A model generated the notes under the pieces. That model did not search any database. It saw only the letters and a list, made by a program, of their open reading frames with translations, and was not told the origin of the DNA. 7,281 nucleotides of DNA from Candidatus Tremblayella phenacoccinincola (GTDB lineage Bacteria > Pseudomonadota > Gammaproteobacteria > Burkholderiales > Burkholderiaceae), in NCBI RefSeq assembly GCF_009805595.3, contig NZ_VMQO03000006.1:1-7281 (forward strand). The letters are read 5' to 3'. The translations under genes and the position numbers were made by a program. Position 1 is the stretch's first letter. Each line of letters opens with the position of its first letter. Below, one piece after another: positions 1-6,871 of the stretch.

Positions 1-70
1 CTATGGACAGTAACCATAAGCTCTATCTCTAACCTCTATGGACAGTAACCATAAGCTCTATCTCTAACCT
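1..70. repeat. 35-bp direct tandem repeat with two identical copies (1-35 and 36-70). Unit: ctatggacagtaaccataagctctatctctaacct. A third copy starts at 71-73 (cta). The array is probably truncated by the window edge.
   Basis: Base-by-base comparison shows that 1-35 and 36-70 are identical. Each unit holds two sub-units of the form ctat..taacc, with taacc at 11, 30, 46 and 65. Confidence 0.95.
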
Positions 71-398
71 CTAACAGCTATATAGAAGCTCTTTCCCCAA
101 CAGATGTCCTTCAAGACTACCTTTAACTAACTTATGCCTTATCAACACTAAAGAACCGGTAAGAAGAGAATCTCTAGAAGACTATTGAAGAAGCAACCCC
201 ATATCTTTATATTATTTAATGATGCTGTACGTCTAGTAAAACCACCCATTCTGTCGTTATATAGGTTTATTGAAGTAAAGGGAGTTGAATACATTCTAGA
301 TAAAGATACCTTTATATTGTTTCTTTTATATCGTAAACATAATATATGACCCAGCTGTCTATATATATAAACGCTACCTAATAATGTTATTAACCAAT

Positions 399-404
399 GG
401 GGGG
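399..404 (+). promoter_or_regulatory. Possible Shine-Dalgarno-like G-run (gggggg) 8 nt upstream of the pheS ATG
   Basis: The sequence is aatggggggaaaaccctATG. The purine/G run is spaced 8 nt from the start codon at 413. It is not a canonical GGAGG. Confidence 0.35.
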
Positions 405-412
405 AAAACCCT

Positions 413-1390
413 ATGCTATTTCTTCATAAGCTATTACTACATATTAGGTTCTATATTCAAATACCTAATACTATAAAAGAACTAGAAATAGTGCGTATTA
501 ATATTATTGGCAAAAAAGGAACTATTTCAAGCCTTCTTAAACTATTAAGTAAACTAAATATAGTAAAAAGATCTTTATTTGGTAATATAATTAACAATAT
601 TAAACAGATAACTCAACTACTTTTTACTAACCGTAAATATAAAATAGAAGCATTAACTTTAGAAGAAAGAATTATCAAGGAAAATGTAGACGCTTCACTC
701 CCTGGTAGAATCTTAACTATTGGTAGCATGCATCCTATAACAGATATAATATCTAAGACAGAAAGGTTCTTTTTAAAGCTAGGGTTTATAAGTATGTCTG
801 GCATTGAAATAGAAGATGCTTTCCATAACTTTGAAGCTCTTAATATTCCTAAATACCATCCTTCTCGCACTGAGCATGCTACTTTCTGGCTAACTAAAAA
901 GCTTTTATTACGTACTCAAGCTTCTAATATGCAGTCTCGTATTTTAATAAAACAAAAGCCTCCTATTAAAGTAATAAGTTCTGGTTGTGTATATAGAAAT
1001 GATTATAACAAAACCCATACCCCTATGTTTCACCAATTGGAAGGCTTTTTAGTTGATAAAACCATTAGCTTTTCTAATTTAAAAACAATAGTTAGAGACT
1101 TTATATGGTTCTTATTTAACAACAAAATAAACCTACGCTTTCGTCCTTCTTACTTTCCTTTTACAAAACTATCTACAGAGGTAGATATATTAAGTTCTTC
1201 GAATAGTTGGTTAGAAGTATTAGGTTGTGGCATGATTCATCCTAAGCTTTTAAATAATGCTAATATTAGTACTAATTATTCTGGATTTGCATTTGGTATT
1301 GGAATAGAGCGATTAGCAATGTTATATTATAATATGAATGATATTCGGTTTTTATATGATAATGACTTACGCTTTCTTAAACAATGTTAG
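413..1390 (+). CDS. pheS: Phenylalanine--tRNA ligase alpha subunit
   Basis: The 325-aa ORF is collinear with E. coli PheS (327 aa). Shared blocks include SLPGR, HPIT, EIEDxxHNFxALNIP, LLRTQxS, VYRNDYxxTHTPMFHQxEG, FRPSYFPFT, WLEVLGCGMxHP, SGFAFGIGIERLAML and a C-terminal NDLRFLKQ. The stop codon is TAG. Confidence 0.97.
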   Translation: MLFLHKLLLHIRFYIQIPNTIKELEIVRINIIGKKGTISSLLKLLSKLNIVKRSLFGNIINNIKQITQLLFTNRKYKIEALTLEERIIKENVDASLPGRILTIGSMHPITDIISKTERFFLKLGFISMSGIEIEDAFHNFEALNIPKYHPSRTEHATFWLTKKLLLRTQASNMQSRILIKQKPPIKVISSGCVYRNDYNKTHTPMFHQLEGFLVDKTISFSNLKTIVRDFIWFLFNNKINLRFRPSYFPFTKLSTEVDILSSSNSWLEVLGCGMIHPKLLNNANISTNYSGFAFGIGIERLAMLYYNMNDIRFLYDNDLRFLKQC

Positions 1391-1407
1391 TTAGAAATAG
1401 GTAGCTT

Positions 1408-3777
1408 ATGATATTTAGTGTGGTTTGGTTACGTGAATGGTTATATTTAGAAAAGGATATTAACAATATAGCAGATCAAATAACTATGTTTGGATTGCAT
1501 GTTGAAACAATAGTGAATATTCCTTATTATATTAGTAGACCTATAATAGGTCATATTATATACTACAAAAGGCTTTCTAAGAATAGATATGTTTATTCTG
1601 TAGATATAGGATATAAAAAGCTATTAGATATTATTTATTCTAGCTATATTGAACAATATGCTTGTTTTAAAATAGCTGTTGCTATATCTGGTTCAGAAAC
1701 TGGTTCAGGTTCAGGTTCTAGTATTTCGGGTTCTATAGGAAATCTATGGCTTTTATCAGATATAGACATAAGCTATCAGCATAACATCATAAAACTACCA
1801 TTAGAAACTAAGTTAGGATCTGAGTTAAGAACATATATTAAGATTGAAGACATTGTCATCAAAATAAATATAGCTCCTAATAAAATCCATTGTTCAAACA
1901 TGCTTGGTATTATGCGTGTGTTATCATGTTTAAACAATATGTATTTGAAATATCCAGCTATTAATTATGTTAAGACAGCCTTTACATATAACATTCCAAC
2001 ATTGATAGAGACAAATAGGCTTTGTCCTTGTTTTGTAACTAGAATAATAAGAAATGTTAATAACAATCTAAATACGTCCTTATGGTTAAGAGAAAGACTT
2101 AAGCGATGTGGTATTATATTAACTAATGTTCTTAATGATATAACATCATATGTTTTATTAGAATTAGGACAGCCTATAGATATGTTTGATCTTAATTCTA
2201 TAAAAGAAAAGCTAGCTATACGCTTATCTAAACCAAATGAAGTTATTACTCTTTTTAATGGAAATAAGATAGCTTTGAATTCAAATGCTTTAGTAATATC
2301 TGATGAAGCTAACATATTATCTTTAGTCGGTATATCAAAAGCTAAATATGGGTCTATAACTATAGATACAAACAATATTATATTATGTGCTTTTTATATT
2401 AATCCTTCAGTTATTATTGGAAAGCCACATTATAGTTTATGCTCTAAGCTTTTAGGTCATTATGAAAGAGGTGTAGATTATAACCTTTTAAGCTTAGCTA
2501 TAGAAAGAATAAGTGACTTAATAATATCTATATGTGGTGGAATTGCTAGTTCAATATATAGCTTTATATCTACTAAGAATGTTATCAAGAAAAGTAGAAT
2601 AGGAATACATCGTTATAAGCTAAATAACTTAATAGGCTATCTTATTCCAGATGGAAAGGTTAATAGCATTTTAACTAACTTAAACTATAAAGCTATTCGT
2701 GTTAATGCTGTTTGGATAGTTTTAATACATAATTGGCGTTTCAATATAAATATCGAAGAAGACTTAATAGAAGAAGTTATTAGTTTTTATGGGTTTTGTA
2801 ACGTTAATAAAAAGCCTATGCATACTTATTTAGCTTTTACTGAAACCAATAAGTCCATAAAGACCCGAATACCTTTAATACGTATTAAAGAGCTACTAAT
2901 AGATAGAGGTTATCATGAAGTAATCACTTATAGCTTTATTGAACCTAATATTCAAAATAAAATAGCTTCTAATGTAAAGCATATATATATAAAAAACCCA
3001 ATAGCTAAGGAAATGAAAATAGTTCGCAGTTCTCTGTTAGCTGGTTTAATTAAATCATTAACTTACAAATTATACCAGCAACAAAAGCGTATCCGTTTAT
3101 TTGAGAGTGGCTTTTGTTTCATTCCTGATAAAACTATAGGTATTAAACAAATGCTAATGGTTGCTGGTATAATCACTGGCTCTATTCTCGAAGAGCATTG
3201 GGATAGTAAACATAGCCATAGCTTAGTTGATATTTACGATATAAAAGGTGACTTAGAATGTATCTTTGTTATTACTAATAAGGCTAATGAAGTTGAACTT
3301 AAACCAATAAGTTGTTTAGTTTTACACCCAAGCCAATCCGTTGCTATCTTTATTAAAAAGAACTTTGTTGGCCTTTTTGGTACTATTCACCCTAAACTAC
3401 AATTAGAGCTAAAGCTATATAATAATGTTTTTATGTTTGAATTATATTGTGAGTACATTCTTGATTATAATATGCCTAATGCTTCTAAGAAATCTTATTT
3501 CCCTATAAGTCATAGATATGTTTCTATAATAGTTTCTAACCAAATAATGGCATCAACTATTATTTCTGAACTAACTAATAAATATACTAATTATTTAGTA
3601 AGCATTAACGTTTCTGATGTGTATTATGATAATATAAAGGAAGGTTTTAAAAGCTTATCTCTTAGTTTTAATATTCAAAGTAGTGAAAAGCCACTTAAAG
3701 AATATGATATTAACTTAATTATTAAAGACTATATAACCACATTAAAACATATGTTTAGTGCTTATTTGAGATATTAG
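1408..3777 (+). CDS. pheT: Phenylalanine--tRNA ligase beta subunit
   Basis: The 789-aa ORF starts 17 nt after the pheS stop, the classic pheST arrangement. It is collinear with E. coli PheT (795 aa). Shared blocks include WLREW, ADQITMxGL, NYVLLELGQP, YERGVD, ICGG, WRFxxxIEEDLIEEV, GYxEVITYSF, RLFESG, EEHW, DIKGDLE, LHPSQS and GFKSLSLS. The C-terminus ..AYLRY ends at the same position as the E. coli ..ASLRD. Confidence 0.97.
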   Translation: MIFSVVWLREWLYLEKDINNIADQITMFGLHVETIVNIPYYISRPIIGHIIYYKRLSKNRYVYSVDIGYKKLLDIIYSSYIEQYACFKIAVAISGSETGSGSGSSISGSIGNLWLLSDIDISYQHNIIKLPLETKLGSELRTYIKIEDIVIKINIAPNKIHCSNMLGIMRVLSCLNNMYLKYPAINYVKTAFTYNIPTLIETNRLCPCFVTRIIRNVNNNLNTSLWLRERLKRCGIILTNVLNDITSYVLLELGQPIDMFDLNSIKEKLAIRLSKPNEVITLFNGNKIALNSNALVISDEANILSLVGISKAKYGSITIDTNNIILCAFYINPSVIIGKPHYSLCSKLLGHYERGVDYNLLSLAIERISDLIISICGGIASSIYSFISTKNVIKKSRIGIHRYKLNNLIGYLIPDGKVNSILTNLNYKAIRVNAVWIVLIHNWRFNINIEEDLIEEVISFYGFCNVNKKPMHTYLAFTETNKSIKTRIPLIRIKELLIDRGYHEVITYSFIEPNIQNKIASNVKHIYIKNPIAKEMKIVRSSLLAGLIKSLTYKLYQQQKRIRLFESGFCFIPDKTIGIKQMLMVAGIITGSILEEHWDSKHSHSLVDIYDIKGDLECIFVITNKANEVELKPISCLVLHPSQSVAIFIKKNFVGLFGTIHPKLQLELKLYNNVFMFELYCEYILDYNMPNASKKSYFPISHRYVSIIVSNQIMASTIISELTNKYTNYLVSINVSDVYYDNIKEGFKSLSLSFNIQSSEKPLKEYDINLIIKDYITTLKHMFSAYLRY
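1690..1734 (+). repeat. In-frame degenerate hexanucleotide repeat (ggttca/ggttct units) inside pheT. It encodes GSETGSGSGSSISGS.
   Basis: ggttca occurs at 1690-1695, 1702-1707 and 1708-1713. ggttct occurs at 1714-1719 and 1729-1734. Translation gives a Gly/Ser low-complexity tract. Confidence 0.85.
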
Positions 3778-4780
3778 TTAGTATTCTTGAAAAGCCTAGA
3801 ACTTTATATAGTTTATTCATAGTTATTATAGCTTTTTTCCTAGCTCTTATTGAACCATCATATATTATTTTATTAAGATAACCTTCATCTTTTCTAATAG
3901 AAAAGTATTTAGTTTGTAAGGCTGTTAGTAACTTATTTAATATAGATATAACATCTTTTTTTAGACAGCCATATGCTTTGAATTCAAACATTATTTCTAG
4001 CTGAGCTATATTAGTTTTACCTACACATGCTAATAATTCTAATAAGTTTGAAATGCCAGGTTTAAATATAGGTTCATAATAAATAATTGGTGGTCTATCA
4101 GAGTCTGTTATTGTTTTATTAAGTTTAGCTTCTAATGAATAAAAGCTATCTAACAAATATATGGTATTTCTTTTATTTATATCAGACTTAGACATTTTGA
4201 TATTTGGTTGTAATAAAGACATTATACAAGACCCATGTTCAGAAATACAGGGTTGAGGAATAGTAAAGATTTCCCCATACATATTATTAAACCGATTAGC
4301 TATAGCTTTTGTAAGTTCTATATGTTGCTTTTGATCTTTTCCTATTGGAACTATATTTGTTTGATATAATAAGATATCTGCGGTCATTAGAATTGGATAG
4401 TTAAAAATACCAATATTTATAGGTTCTTTAGCTTTTAGTTGCTTTTCCTTAAATTGTGTCATTCTTTTTAATTCACCAAAATAAGCATAACAACTCAATA
4501 ACCAATTAAACTGACAGTGTTCAAGTACATGAGATTGAATAAAAGCTATAGTTTTTATTGGGTCTATACCGCAAGATAAATATAATGCTAGAATGTCTAA
4601 TGAAGAGCTGTGAATAGCTTTATTAGTTTTAATATTACTAATAGCGTGCATATCCGCTATACAATAAACACATTCATTATTATCTTGCATTCTGATCCAA
4701 TGTAATAAGGCACCTAAATAATTACCTATAGTTAGATCTTCATTAGAAGGCTGCATTGCGCTATATACAACAGGTTTCAT
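3755..4780 (-). CDS. trpS: Tryptophan--tRNA ligase
   Basis: The 341-aa ORF is collinear with E. coli TrpS (334 aa). Shared blocks include N-terminal MKPVVYSxxQPS, LTIGNY (the class I HIGH-equivalent), LALYLxCGIDP, YFGELxRMTQFK, ADILLYQTNxVPxGxDQKQHxEL and KMSKS. The stop codon is TAA. The C-terminus runs about 7 aa longer than in E. coli. Confidence 0.97.
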   Translation of the reverse strand: MKPVVYSAMQPSNEDLTIGNYLGALLHWIRMQDNNECVYCIADMHAISNIKTNKAIHSSSLDILALYLSCGIDPIKTIAFIQSHVLEHCQFNWLLSCYAYFGELKRMTQFKEKQLKAKEPINIGIFNYPILMTADILLYQTNIVPIGKDQKQHIELTKAIANRFNNMYGEIFTIPQPCISEHGSCIMSLLQPNIKMSKSDINKRNTIYLLDSFYSLEAKLNKTITDSDRPPIIYYEPIFKPGISNLLELLACVGKTNIAQLEIMFEFKAYGCLKKDVISILNKLLTALQTKYFSIRKDEGYLNKIIYDGSIRARKKAIITMNKLYKVLGFSRILTNISNKH

Positions 4781-4817
4781 AGTATTTAGTCTTTATATAA
4801 CAAAGCTAGTCCTTAAC

Positions 4818-4869
4818 ACACAGCCACAGAACACAGCCACACCATCAACCACACCATCAACCACACATC
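4818..4869. repeat. A/C-only tandem repeats in the argG-trpS spacer: acacagccaca(ga) x2 (13-nt period), then ccacaccatcaa x2 plus a partial third copy.
   Basis: acacagccaca occurs at 4818-4828 and 4831-4841. ccacaccatcaa occurs at 4837-4848 and 4849-4860, followed by ccacacatc at 4861-4869. Positions 4811-4869 contain only 3 G and 5 T. Confidence 0.9.
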
Positions 4870-4887
4870 TTTGGATATCTTATGCAT

Positions 4888-6180
4888 TTACCATAATATC
4901 TTTTTAAGCTTACTATAGCCTAGTAGAGCTTTTCTTGTATTCTCTATACTAAAGTTAGTTATATTTAGTTGTCCTATTCGATCCTTTGACGTAAACATAG
5001 AACTAGCTTTTTCCATTGTTATAGCTTTTATATTATATATTAAGTTATCAGACTTTGTACTTATAATAGAATAATCATTTCCTTTTCTTAGTTCCAATAT
5101 TATTTCACCATTTATAATAGTTGCTATCCATTTATTTATGGCTTCTTTTATAGTTAGTGACTGCGAATCAAACCAACGTCCTAAGTAAAGCAGCTTTCCA
5201 AGGCTTCTTCCATAGTTTCTCAGTTGTTCTATAGTATATTCATCATGTATTCCAGTGGTTAGCCTTTCATAGGCAATGTATAGCAACTTAACACCAGGTG
5301 ACTCATAGATTCCTCTGCTCTTTGTTTCTATTATTCTGCTTTCTAGTTGGTCTGTTACGCCTAGTCCATGTCTACTGCCTATTGAATTAGCTTCTTCTAT
5401 TAAAGCTATTTGAATATTAAGCTTTATATTGTTTATTGAAGTTGGTAGTCCATGTCTATATCTTAGCTTTAGTATTTCTATAGGAACGGCTACTTTCTTT
5501 TTCCAAAAAGCTAAACACATAATTAACTCTATCTTTTTTATATTAAAGTCTAAATATTCTAACTCTTTTGCTTCGTATGTATTTCCAAGGATGTTACAAT
5601 CAGTAGAATAATATCTTTTCCTTTGTTTTTTATAATAAAACCCATTCTTTATCATAAGCTGATACATTTCTTTTCTTCCACCAAGTTCATTAACAAAACT
5701 ATTATCCAACCAAGGCTTATATATTTTTAGTTTATTATTTATTAACAAGCCATATCTGTAAAACCTTTCAATATCATTACCTTTATATGTACTGCCATCA
5801 CTCCATATGTTTATATTATTTATGTTCATTTCTAAAGCTATAGAAATACTAGTTACTATTCTACTTAAAGGAGTAGTATTAAAATATACTAGGTTGGCTG
5901 TTTTTATATGGAATGCCTTACATTGCAAAGCTAATAGTCCTTCTTTTATTAGGGCTTTTCTACAATCAATAATGTAAGCCTTTCTAGCACCATAACTAAT
6001 AGCCTTTCCAATAATTAAAAACATATTCTTTTCATCATACTGTCCTAAGTTAGCAGTATAAGAATAAACTATGCCACCCTTTTTATTAATCCATACTATC
6101 GCCGCACTAGTATCTAGACCACCTGAAAAAGCAATTCCTATTAGTTGTTTAGTTGGTAGCTTTCTTATTATATTATTCAT
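4888..6180 (-). CDS. argG: Argininosuccinate synthase (E. coli-type long form)
   Basis: The 430-aa ORF is collinear with E. coli ArgG (447 aa). Shared blocks include IGIAFSGGLDTSAA (the ATP-binding PP-loop), YTANLGQ, YFNTTPL, GSTYKGNDIERFYRYGLL, IYKPWLD, ELGGR, RHGLGxxDQxExRIIExKSRGIYExPG, IAYERLTTGIH, GRWFDSQ, ELRKGNDYSI, TMEK and DRIGQL. The stop codon is TAA. Confidence 0.97.
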   Translation of the reverse strand: MNNIIRKLPTKQLIGIAFSGGLDTSAAIVWINKKGGIVYSYTANLGQYDEKNMFLIIGKAISYGARKAYIIDCRKALIKEGLLALQCKAFHIKTANLVYFNTTPLSRIVTSISIALEMNINNINIWSDGSTYKGNDIERFYRYGLLINNKLKIYKPWLDNSFVNELGGRKEMYQLMIKNGFYYKKQRKRYYSTDCNILGNTYEAKELEYLDFNIKKIELIMCLAFWKKKVAVPIEILKLRYRHGLPTSINNIKLNIQIALIEEANSIGSRHGLGVTDQLESRIIETKSRGIYESPGVKLLYIAYERLTTGIHDEYTIEQLRNYGRSLGKLLYLGRWFDSQSLTIKEAINKWIATIINGEIILELRKGNDYSIISTKSDNLIYNIKAITMEKASSMFTSKDRIGQLNITNFSIENTRKALLGYSKLKKILW

Positions 6181-6201
6181 TTTTGTTATTTAAGACCATC
6201 G

Positions 6202-6546
6202 TTAACTTGTTGTTGTGACTTTATTTAAGCCTTTAGTTATTAGTTCTTTAATTTGTTCTTTTGATAAAGCTCCTATCTTATTATCTATTAGGTTCCCATT
6301 ATGGAATAGTATTAGTGTTGGGATGCTTCGTATTCCATATTTTACGGCAGTTATATTGTTTTCATCAATGTTAAGCTTAGCAATAGAAATCTTTTTATTA
6401 AATTCTTTTATTAATTCTTTTAAGGCTGAAGTCATTAGTTTACAAGGTCCACACCATTCAGTCCAAAAAACTACTAAGCCTAATCCTTTTAGTTCTTTTA
6501 TATATTTATCGAAGCTTTCGTCATTAAGATGGATAATATTATTCAT
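6202..6546 (-). CDS. trxA: Thioredoxin
   Basis: The 114-aa ORF carries the FWTEWCGPCK active site. Other blocks shared with E. coli TrxA are AKLNIDEN, KYGIRSIPTLILFHNG and GALSKEQIKE. A GGAG lies 7 nt upstream of the ATG. The gene ends 21 nt before the argG start. Confidence 0.96.
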   Translation of the reverse strand: MNNIIHLNDESFDKYIKELKGLGLVVFWTEWCGPCKLMTSALKELIKEFNKKISIAKLNIDENNITAVKYGIRSIPTLILFHNGNLIDNKIGALSKEQIKELITKGLNKVTTTS

Positions 6547-6553
6547 AGTGTTA

Positions 6554-6557
6554 CTCC
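6554..6557 (-). promoter_or_regulatory. Shine-Dalgarno (GGAG) for trxA
   Basis: The - strand reads cctGGAGtaacactATG, which puts GGAG 7 nt from the start codon. Confidence 0.55.
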
Positions 6558-6706
6558 AGGTTTAAGATATGTAATAAGTTTCTATATAGAAGCAGTTATG
6601 AGGAAGTTAATAGATATAGCTGTTTGTGATAGAAGAGAGATGGAGATGTGCATTAACATATACAATACGAGTGTTAGGTGGGTATGCATATAGCTAATAG
6701 CTTTTA

Positions 6707-6778
6707 TGTCCAGGCTTGGAATTGAACCAAGGACACGAGGCTCTTCAGGCCTCTGCTCTACCACTGAGCTATCTGGAC
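6707..6778 (-). tRNA. tRNA-Phe (anticodon GAA), with no encoded CCA
   Basis: I folded the - strand by hand: GTCCAGA TA GCTC AGTGGTA GAGC A GAGGC CTGAAGA GCCTC GTGTC CTTGG TTCAATT CCAAG CCTGGAC A. The D-arm and T-arm are canonical and the anticodon loop is CT-GAA-GA. The fold is close to E. coli tRNA-Phe. There is one A7:C66 mismatch in the acceptor stem. Confidence 0.93.
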
Positions 6779-6799
6779 TTTAGATTAGTTATTAGTTGA

Positions 6800-6871
6800 T
6801 GGGTAGTGACGGGTTCGAACCGTCGGTCTTCTCTGTGTAAAAGAGATGTTCTACCACTGAACTAACCACCC
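6800..6871 (-). tRNA. tRNA-Val (anticodon UAC), with no encoded CCA
   Basis: I folded the - strand by hand: GGGTGGT TA GTTC AGTGGTA GAAC A TCTCT TTTACAC AGAGA AGACC GACGG TTCGAAC CCGTC ACTACCC A. All stems pair, with one G5:U68 wobble. The anticodon loop is TT-TAC-AC. Confidence 0.93.

Noticed and set aside
1-70. A CRISPR-like reading of the tandem repeats at 1-70, 6872-6911 and 7024-7134.
   Set aside because: The repeat units are directly adjacent with no unique spacers between them. There are no cas genes, and most units are far shorter than CRISPR repeats.
78-89. The exact 12-mer ctatatagaagc, shared by two spacers (78-89 and 6582-6593) in the same orientation.
   Set aside because: The similarity does not extend beyond 12 nt on either side. 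With this biased composition, a single 12-mer match within 7 kb cannot be distinguished from chance without a genome-wide count.
152-412. A pheM-type Phe-rich leader peptide or attenuator upstream of pheST, as in E. coli.
   Set aside because: The only Phe/Leu-rich stretch is ttt ata ttg ttt ctt tta at 311-328, reading F-I-L-F-L-L. It sits in a frame with no ATG back to the stop at 149-151. It contains only two Phe codons, and no terminator or antiterminator hairpins follow it. I could not support an attenuator.
413-6546. An alternative genetic code (UGA as Trp), as found in some tiny symbiont genomes.
   Set aside because: All five genes are full length under the standard code. Conserved Trp residues are encoded by TGG, for example WLREW in pheT and WCGPC in trxA. 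No in-frame TGA needs to be read through.
613-6565. Antisense ORFs at 613-870(-), 1965-2375(-), 5429-5611(+) and 6215-6565(+).
   Set aside because: Each lies entirely within, and opposite to, a confidently identified conserved gene (pheS, pheT, argG, trxA). They are shadow ORFs of the kind common in low-complexity AT-rich DNA, and they have no recognisable motifs.
6582-6630. A possible hairpin (ctatat ... atatag) between tRNA-Phe and trxA that might act as a terminator or processing signal.
   Set aside because: The stem is only 6 bp, entirely A/T, with a loop of about 30 nt and no trailing T-run. It is not credible as an intrinsic terminator.
6582-6764. A 60-aa ORF on the - strand.
   Set aside because: Its 5' part overlaps tRNA-Phe (6707-6778) on the same strand and the rest lies in spacer. 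It has no homology signal or RBS.
6707-6778. A functional link between tRNA-Phe and pheST because they share the window.
   Set aside because: They lie on opposite strands, separated by three unrelated genes (about 2.9 kb). In a small genome this proximity is readily explained by chance.
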